Below, in pieces: positions 58,636 to 64,000 of a stretch of DNA of 64,000 nucleotides (positions are counted from its first letter, which is position 1; each line of letters begins with the position of its first letter). The stretch is from Armatimonadota bacterium (GTDB lineage Bacteria; Armatimonadota; UBA10988). The notes under the pieces were generated by a model. It did not search any database and was not told the DNA's origin. It worked only from the letters and a program-made list of their open reading frames with translations. Made by a program: the position numbers and the translations under genes. The DNA is taken from NCBI GenBank assembly GCA_016235455.1, contig JACRKZ010000018.1:66524-130523 (forward strand). The letters are read 5' to 3'.

Positions 58636-60770
58636 CGGGTGTCGCCATCGCCGCGCTCATCACGATGGCCGCGCACAACCTGGGCGCCGCGCTGCTGGCC
58701 GCAGCGCCAGGCGTCGCGCTCGGTGCGCCCGACCGGCGGCTGGTACTGCGCTGCGGCGTCGGGCTGGGCGCGCTGGCCTATGTCGTCCTGGCCATCGGCC
58801 TGGTCGGCGGCCTGAGCCCGGTGGTGGGCTGGCTGCTGGTCGGCCTCGCGCTGGCCGCGGGGCTGCCAGCGCTGCGGCGCGCGCGGCCGGCGCAGCCCGA
58901 CCCCGTCGCCATGACACTCATCGTGCACCATCCCGGCGCAGTCGACGGCGACGACACGTGGCCGCGCCTGGCCGACTGGCTGATCGGCGCGGCGCTGGCC
59001 ATCGTGGCGCTGTTCGCGCTGCTGACCGCGCTGGCGCCGCCGGCCGGTTACGACGAGTTGACCTACCATCTGGCGGCGCCGAAGATCTTCGCGCGCACGG
59101 GCTGGGTGACGATCCTGCCCTATGACCATCACACGGCCTTCGCCTTCACGCTGCAGATGCTCTACACCTTGGCGCTGCTCATCGGCAACGCGGCCGCGGC
59201 CAAGCTCATCGGGCTGACGCTGGCGGTGCTGAGCCTGGTCGCGCTCAACGTGGTGGCGCGTGAGTGGTTCGGCCGTCGCGTGGGCCGGCTGGCGCTGGTC
59301 ATCGTGGCCTTCACGCCATTGGTCATCACCCACGCGCCGCTGGCCTACACCGAGTTCGGGCTCATGTTCTGGACGCTGCTCGCGCTGCTGAGCTGCGGCC
59401 AGTACCTGAACCTGTCGGGCGATGCCGTGAGCACCGCGGGTCAGGGCCTGCGCGCCGCCGCCCGGCAGCCGCGGTGGCTGGTGCTCACCGGTGTCTTCGC
59501 GGGGCTGTGCTGTGGGGTCAAGGTCACCGCGGCACTGTTGGTCGTGGTGCTGGCCGGCGCCGTGCTCGTGCTGGGCCGACGCGATGGGCTGCGCACGCTA
59601 CGCCACGCGCTGGTGCTGCTGAGCGTGTGCGCACTGGTCGCCGCGCCGTGGCCGATCCGCTCGTATCTGGCCACTGGCAATCCCATCTTCCCCTTCGCGC
59701 ACGGTGCCTTCCCCAGCCCGCAATGGTCGATCGACCGCGCTCAGGCCTACGACACCGCCCAGAAGGAGTTCGGCCGCGCGTTGGATGAGCGCGCGCTGAC
59801 GCCCATCGAGCCCGCCGGCAGCCAGCGCAGCCTGGCTCGCCTGCTGACCGCGCCCTGGAACGCCACGTTCCACCCGACATGGTTCTTCGATGTGGGCCTG
59901 AACTTCGACGGCAAGGCGCGGCTGGGTCCGGCTTACCTGGCGCTGGGCCTGCCGTTCCTGGCGCTGTGGGTGCTGCTTCTGGGCCGACGGCGGCGCGGCA
60001 TCGGCCTGCCCGGCGTCAGCGAGGAGCGCGAGGAGACCGTCGAGGAGCGCTACAGCCCCGAGTTCGGACGCGACGTGGCAATGGCGAGGCCGACGGCCAT
60101 CGTGGAAACAACTACCGTTGACACGGCCCGGGCCCTGGGCCTGCTGCTGGCCATCGCGCTGGTCAACGGCCTGTTCTGGTTCGCCACCATGCAGTACTTG
60201 CGCTATCTGGCGCCGATGCTGGCCGTGTATGGCCTGCTGGCCGCCTGGGCGGCGGACAACCTGCTGCGGCTGCGCCTCTCGGCGGTGGCGGTCGTGCTGG
60301 TGCTGACCATGCAGGTGGCCGGCGGCGTGGCCTACAGCCTGACCAGCGGCTACTACCCATTGCGCGTGGCCCTGGGCAGTCTCGATCGCGACCGCTACGC
60401 CGCCGCCTCGGTGCACGCTTACGATGCCATGCAGTGGCTCAACGCACACCGGCCCAGCGGCAAGGTGGCCTTGTACGGCGAGCCGCGCGGGTACTGGCTC
60501 GATGTGGACTACCTGTGGGGCGAACGCAACCACCACACGCTCATCCCCGACAGCGCCCGCACCGACGGCGACACCTATCTGGACTTCCTGAGCCAGCGCC
60601 TCGGCGTCAGCCACATCCTGATCAATGGCGAAGTACTGCGCCTCGATCACACCGAGGGCAACGACGATGTGGCGCTGCTCACGCAAGGCGTGCGCCAGGG
60701 ACGGCTGCACGTGGCCTATGAGGATGCGCGGCGGCCGATCACCGTCTACGAGATCGGGCCGCGCCCGTAG
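58632..60770 (+). CDS. Polytopic membrane glycosyltransferase (GT-C; ArnT/PMT-like)
   Basis: YDELTYHLAAPK, GLCCGVK, APWPIRSYLATGNPIFPF, QYLRYLAP, many TMs; TTG start overlapping the VOC TGA, with GGAG SD. Confidence 0.8.
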   Translation: MTGVAIAALITMAAHNLGAALLAAAPGVALGAPDRRLVLRCGVGLGALAYVVLAIGLVGGLSPVVGWLLVGLALAAGLPALRRARPAQPDPVAMTLIVHHPGAVDGDDTWPRLADWLIGAALAIVALFALLTALAPPAGYDELTYHLAAPKIFARTGWVTILPYDHHTAFAFTLQMLYTLALLIGNAAAAKLIGLTLAVLSLVALNVVAREWFGRRVGRLALVIVAFTPLVITHAPLAYTEFGLMFWTLLALLSCGQYLNLSGDAVSTAGQGLRAAARQPRWLVLTGVFAGLCCGVKVTAALLVVVLAGAVLVLGRRDGLRTLRHALVLLSVCALVAAPWPIRSYLATGNPIFPFAHGAFPSPQWSIDRAQAYDTAQKEFGRALDERALTPIEPAGSQRSLARLLTAPWNATFHPTWFFDVGLNFDGKARLGPAYLALGLPFLALWVLLLGRRRRGIGLPGVSEEREETVEERYSPEFGRDVAMARPTAIVETTTVDTARALGLLLAIALVNGLFWFATMQYLRYLAPMLAVYGLLAAWAADNLLRLRLSAVAVVLVLTMQVAGGVAYSLTSGYYPLRVALGSLDRDRYAAASVHAYDAMQWLNAHRPSGKVALYGEPRGYWLDVDYLWGERNHHTLIPDSARTDGDTYLDFLSQRLGVSHILINGEVLRLDHTEGNDDVALLTQGVRQGRLHVAYEDARRPITVYEIGPRP

Positions 60771-61882
60771 AGCCGCGCGATTGCGAACCCGGCCTGTTCG
60801 AGCAGTGGTTTGGCCTCGGCCAGCGCCTCGGCCAGGCTCATCGGCCGGTTGGGCAAGGGCCAGGCGGCCAGCAGGCCGGCGGCCGTGATCTGTTCTGGCG
60901 TGAGCGCTACCGCGCCGCCCACGGCAACCACGGGCACGCCGATGCGCCGCGCGCGCTCGGCCACACCCGCCACGGTCTTGCCGTTGAGCGTCTGGCCATC
61001 GAGGCGGCCCTCGCCGGTGATGACCAAATCCGCCGCCTCGGCACGCTCCTCAAAGCCGACCGCATCGAGCACCAGGTCGATGCCTGACACCAACCGGGCC
61101 CCGCAGAAGGCCAGCAGCCCTGCGCCCAGCCCACCGGCCGCGCCAGCGCCCGGCACCTGCGCCACATCCAGGCCCAGATCACGGCGGACGACCTCGGCCC
61201 AGTGCGCCAGGGCAGCATCGAGCTCGGCGACCGCCGCGGGATCGGCGCCCTTTTGCGGACCGTAGACCGCACTCGCCCCGCGCGGACCGCAGAGCGGGTT
61301 GTCCACGTCGCAGGCCACGCGCAGGTCGATACTCGCCAGGCGCGCATCCAGCCCGGTCGCGTCGACACGCGCCAGACGCGCCAGCGCCGCACCACCGGGC
61401 GGCAGGTCGGCGCCGTGCTCGTCGAGCAACCGCACTCCCAGCGCTTGCGCCAGCCCGGCGCCGGCGTCGTTGGTGGCGCTGCCGCCGATACCCAGAAGGA
61501 TGCGCTCGGCGCCGGCATCGAGTGCCGCCCGCAGCAGCTCGCCGGTGCCCCGCGTCGTGGCCAGGCGGGCGTCTCGCCGCGCGGCAGGCACCAGCTCCAG
61601 ACCCGACGCCGACGCCATCTCGATCGCCGCCTGGCCCTGGTCGAGCAGGCCCCAGCTCGCATCCACCGGCTCACCCAGCGGGCCGGTGACCGTGGTGCAC
61701 CGCATCTGCCCGCCGTTGGCCGCGACCAGTGCGGCGACGGTGCCCTCGCCGCCATCGGCCAGCGGCACCAGGTCGCAGGTCGCGGCCGAGTCCGCCGCGC
61801 GCACACCACGGGCCAGGGCCTCGGCCACGGCGGCCGCGGGCAGGCAGTCCTTGTAGGAATCGGGGCAGATCAGGTAGCGCAT
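60746..61882 (-). CDS. glxK: Glycerate kinase (GarK/GlxK family)
   Basis: PDSYK, PLADGGEGT, IEMASASGL, GIGGSATNDAGAG, GAGAAGGLG, ITGEGRLDGQTLNGK. Confidence 0.93.
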   Translation of the reverse strand: MRYLICPDSYKDCLPAAAVAEALARGVRAADSAATCDLVPLADGGEGTVAALVAANGGQMRCTTVTGPLGEPVDASWGLLDQGQAAIEMASASGLELVPAARRDARLATTRGTGELLRAALDAGAERILLGIGGSATNDAGAGLAQALGVRLLDEHGADLPPGGAALARLARVDATGLDARLASIDLRVACDVDNPLCGPRGASAVYGPQKGADPAAVAELDAALAHWAEVVRRDLGLDVAQVPGAGAAGGLGAGLLAFCGARLVSGIDLVLDAVGFEERAEAADLVITGEGRLDGQTLNGKTVAGVAERARRIGVPVVAVGGAVALTPEQITAAGLLAAWPLPNRPMSLAEALAEAKPLLEQAGFAIARLYGRGPIS

Positions 61883-61953
61883 TGGCGGTCTCAGTCGGCT
61901 CTGTGAGCGGCGCCGGATACAGGACGATATCACTTTCGGCCCATGCTGGCCAC

Positions 61954-61980
61954 TTAAGGCAGACCCGCGGCGGCCGATAG
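61954..61980 (+). promoter_or_regulatory. Sigma28 (FliA/SigD)-type promoter of motAB
   Basis: TTAA(G)-N15-GCCGATAG versus consensus TAAA-N15-GCCGATAA, 83 nt upstream of the motA start. Confidence 0.7.
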
Positions 61981-62063
61981 GGTTCTAGGTCATATGCCCC
62001 GGCGACAGGCTTGGGCTGACCTGATAGCCGCGGGCCGACCTCCGCGGCAGGTGGTGTAGAGTC

Positions 62064-62840
62064 ATGGACATCGCAACTCCGCTTGGCCTGGTAGGGACCC
62101 TGATCCTGATCCTCGCGGCCATCATGATCGAAGGCGGCAACCCCGTTGCCTTCTTCAATATCCCGGCCTTGATGACGGTGGGTGGCGGCCTGACGTGCGC
62201 CCTGATGGTGGCCTACCCGCTGCCCGTCATTCTCGGCTCGGTCGGCATGGCCAAGCAGCTGCTGTTCATGCCCAAGGTGGATGTGGTCGGCACCATCAAC
62301 ACCCTGGTCGAGATGTGCACCCTCGTGCGCCGAGACGGCCTGCTGGCGCTCGACCAGATTGTCCGTCGAGTTGAGGACCCGTTCCTGGCCAAGGGCGTGC
62401 AGTTTGTTGTGGACGGCATGGAGCCCGAACTGACCAAGGAGATCCTGCACCTGGACCTGGAGCAGAAGAAGCACCGCCACCACCAGGCACGCGCCATCAT
62501 GGACCTGTGCGGCGGTGTGGCGCCGGGCTACGCCCTGATCGGCACGCTCGTCGGTCTGGTGTCCATGCTCTCCGAACTCGACCCGGCCACCGTCGGCTCC
62601 AAGATGGCCCTGGCTCTGATCTGTACGCTGTACGGCGTGGGTGTGTCCAATGCGGTGTTCATCCCCGCCAGCCGCAACCTGGAGTACAAGAGCGAGCAGG
62701 AGCTGCTCATCAACGAGATCATGGTGGAAGGTCTGCTCGGCATCCAGGCCGGCGAGAACCCGCGCCACCTGGAAGACCGACTGAAGGCATTCCTGCCCAT
62801 CAGCAAGCGTGCCGCAGCCGGCACCGGCGCCGCCGAGTAG
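62064..62840 (+). CDS. motA: Flagellar motor stator protein MotA
   Basis: MDIATPLG, RRDGLLAL, DPFLAKGVQFVVDG, APGYALIGTLVGLV, TLYG, GIQAGENPR. Confidence 0.92.
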   Translation: MDIATPLGLVGTLILILAAIMIEGGNPVAFFNIPALMTVGGGLTCALMVAYPLPVILGSVGMAKQLLFMPKVDVVGTINTLVEMCTLVRRDGLLALDQIVRRVEDPFLAKGVQFVVDGMEPELTKEILHLDLEQKKHRHHQARAIMDLCGGVAPGYALIGTLVGLVSMLSELDPATVGSKMALALICTLYGVGVSNAVFIPASRNLEYKSEQELLINEIMVEGLLGIQAGENPRHLEDRLKAFLPISKRAAAGTGAAE

Positions 62841-62853
62841 GCCCGAGACAGCC

Positions 62854-63924
62854 ATGTTCCTTCGTGATCGACATCGGCAACGGCGGAGCGCCCACGACGG
62901 CGCTCACCACGGCGGCGGCGGCACGTGGCTGGTCAGCTACGCCGACATGGTGACCCTGATCATGGCGTTCTTCATCGTCATGTACACCATGTCGCAGATC
63001 GACATCAACAAACTCAAGGCCCTGGTCGGCTCGCTGGATGCCGCCTTTGACCCCAAGCCCTCCGGCTTCAAGATGTCCAACAAGGACGAGAAGCGCAACA
63101 GCGGTGAGCAGAGCCTCGTGCCCGGCGGCGCCTCGCGCGTGGCCCGGGTGGCACCATCGAACGGCACCAAGCCGGCACCGACCAAGGGACCGGGCGACAA
63201 GAGCAAGTCGAGCCGGCCGCAGAAGAGCTTGGAGGAAGTGGCCAAGAGCGTGCAGGAAGTGGCCAAGAGCGCCGGTTTGTCGGCACAGGTCAAAGCCACC
63301 GTCACCTCGCGCGGCACCGTCATCAGCTTCGCCGAGACGGCCACCGGTCTGGCCAACGTGGTGCCCTTCGCCAGCGGCAGCGCCGAACTCACACCCGGGT
63401 TCCGCGGCTTCCTCGACAGCGTGGCGCCCATCCTGGCCGGGCTGACCAACAAGGTCGAGGTGCAGGGCCACACAGACAAGCGGCCGATCCGTACGCCGGC
63501 GTACCCGAGCAACTGGGAGTTGAGCGCGGCGCGGGCCGGCAGCGTGGTGCGTTACTTCGTGGGCTCCCATGGCCTGGGCGCGCACATGTTCGTGTGCAGC
63601 GGATTCGCCGACACCCTACCGGCCGACCCCAGCGACACCCCGGACGCCTGGGCCCACAATCGACGGATCGAGATCGTCGTCACGCGCAACCCGGCCGCGG
63701 TCTACGACTCGCTGACTCGCGACCAGGTGGCCAGCCAGGAAGTCGACATCACCCAGCCGCTCGGGCCGAAAATGTTCGATATCCCCATGCCGCTCGGCGG
63801 CCAGCCGGTGCCGGTGGAGCCCCTGGCGACCGCGCCGGATCCCGACGCCGTGACCAAGGCCGCTCATCCGGGCGCCGACCAGGCGGTTCACGAGCCCGCC
63901 GCCGAGCCGGTCAAGGCTCACTGA
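62854..63924 (+). CDS. motB: Flagellar motor stator protein MotB (OmpA-like peptidoglycan-binding domain)
   Basis: WLVSYADMVTLIMAFFIVMY, VQGHTD, SNWELSAARA, NRRIEI. Confidence 0.93.
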   Translation: MFLRDRHRQRRSAHDGAHHGGGGTWLVSYADMVTLIMAFFIVMYTMSQIDINKLKALVGSLDAAFDPKPSGFKMSNKDEKRNSGEQSLVPGGASRVARVAPSNGTKPAPTKGPGDKSKSSRPQKSLEEVAKSVQEVAKSAGLSAQVKATVTSRGTVISFAETATGLANVVPFASGSAELTPGFRGFLDSVAPILAGLTNKVEVQGHTDKRPIRTPAYPSNWELSAARAGSVVRYFVGSHGLGAHMFVCSGFADTLPADPSDTPDAWAHNRRIEIVVTRNPAAVYDSLTRDQVASQEVDITQPLGPKMFDIPMPLGGQPVPVEPLATAPDPDAVTKAAHPGADQAVHEPAAEPVKAH

Positions 63925-64000
63925 TCGCGGTCGGCCGCCCACTGGCGCCAGGCCTCGCCATCACGACCCGTGACCTTGGCCAACGTCTGCTCAAAGGCGT

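Noticed and set aside
58128-58645. VOC gene as an integron cassette
   Set aside because: No GTTRRRY/RYYYAAC attC structure and no integrase in the window.
62064-63924. motAB as Zorya ZorAB defence genes
   Set aside because: MotA has no long ZorA tail, no zorC/D/E genes are adjacent within the window, and a sigma28-type promoter points to a flagellar role.
1-64000. CRISPR array, tRNA/rRNA, transposase or prophage genes
   Set aside because: No regularly spaced repeats, RNA-gene signatures or such protein motifs were seen by eye; short RNAs could have been missed without covariance searches.

Overview
High-GC (roughly 70% by eye) bacterial chromosomal window. It is most consistent with Armatimonadota, inferred from two DUF1559/H-X9-DG prepilin-like genes with the [10 protein letters not shown] leader plus many secreted glycosidases. 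In order it holds: a minus-strand glycan cluster (prepilin-like gene, GH42-like, NPCBM-GH36, GH172/DUF2961 with an in-frame TGA); a kdp locus (unannotated 26-aa peptide, kdpF, kdpABC, a kinase-less kdpD, no kdpE); a GH2 beta-mannosidase; three Gfo/Idh/MocA oxidoreductases; an orphan hybrid histidine kinase; an internally duplicated 537-aa orphan protein; DUF885; a sugar ABC transporter with a permease/binding-protein fusion; two large secreted CAZyme-like proteins (one with a circularly permuted PA14 inserted in a CBM9-like domain); a GntR/LacI regulator; an esterase; exbBD; two ~1.6-kaa DUF4132-type paralogues around a small ubiquitin-like candidate and a second prepilin-like gene; a URO-D family gene; VOC; a GT-C glycosyltransferase; glycerate kinase; and a sigma28-type motAB pair. 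Several REP-like palindromes occur. I saw no rRNA, tRNA, CRISPR array or transposase. The best candidate for an undescribed system is the ubiquitin-like protein plus DUF4132 giant module (45702-56852). All family calls come from motif recognition by eye; no database search was run.
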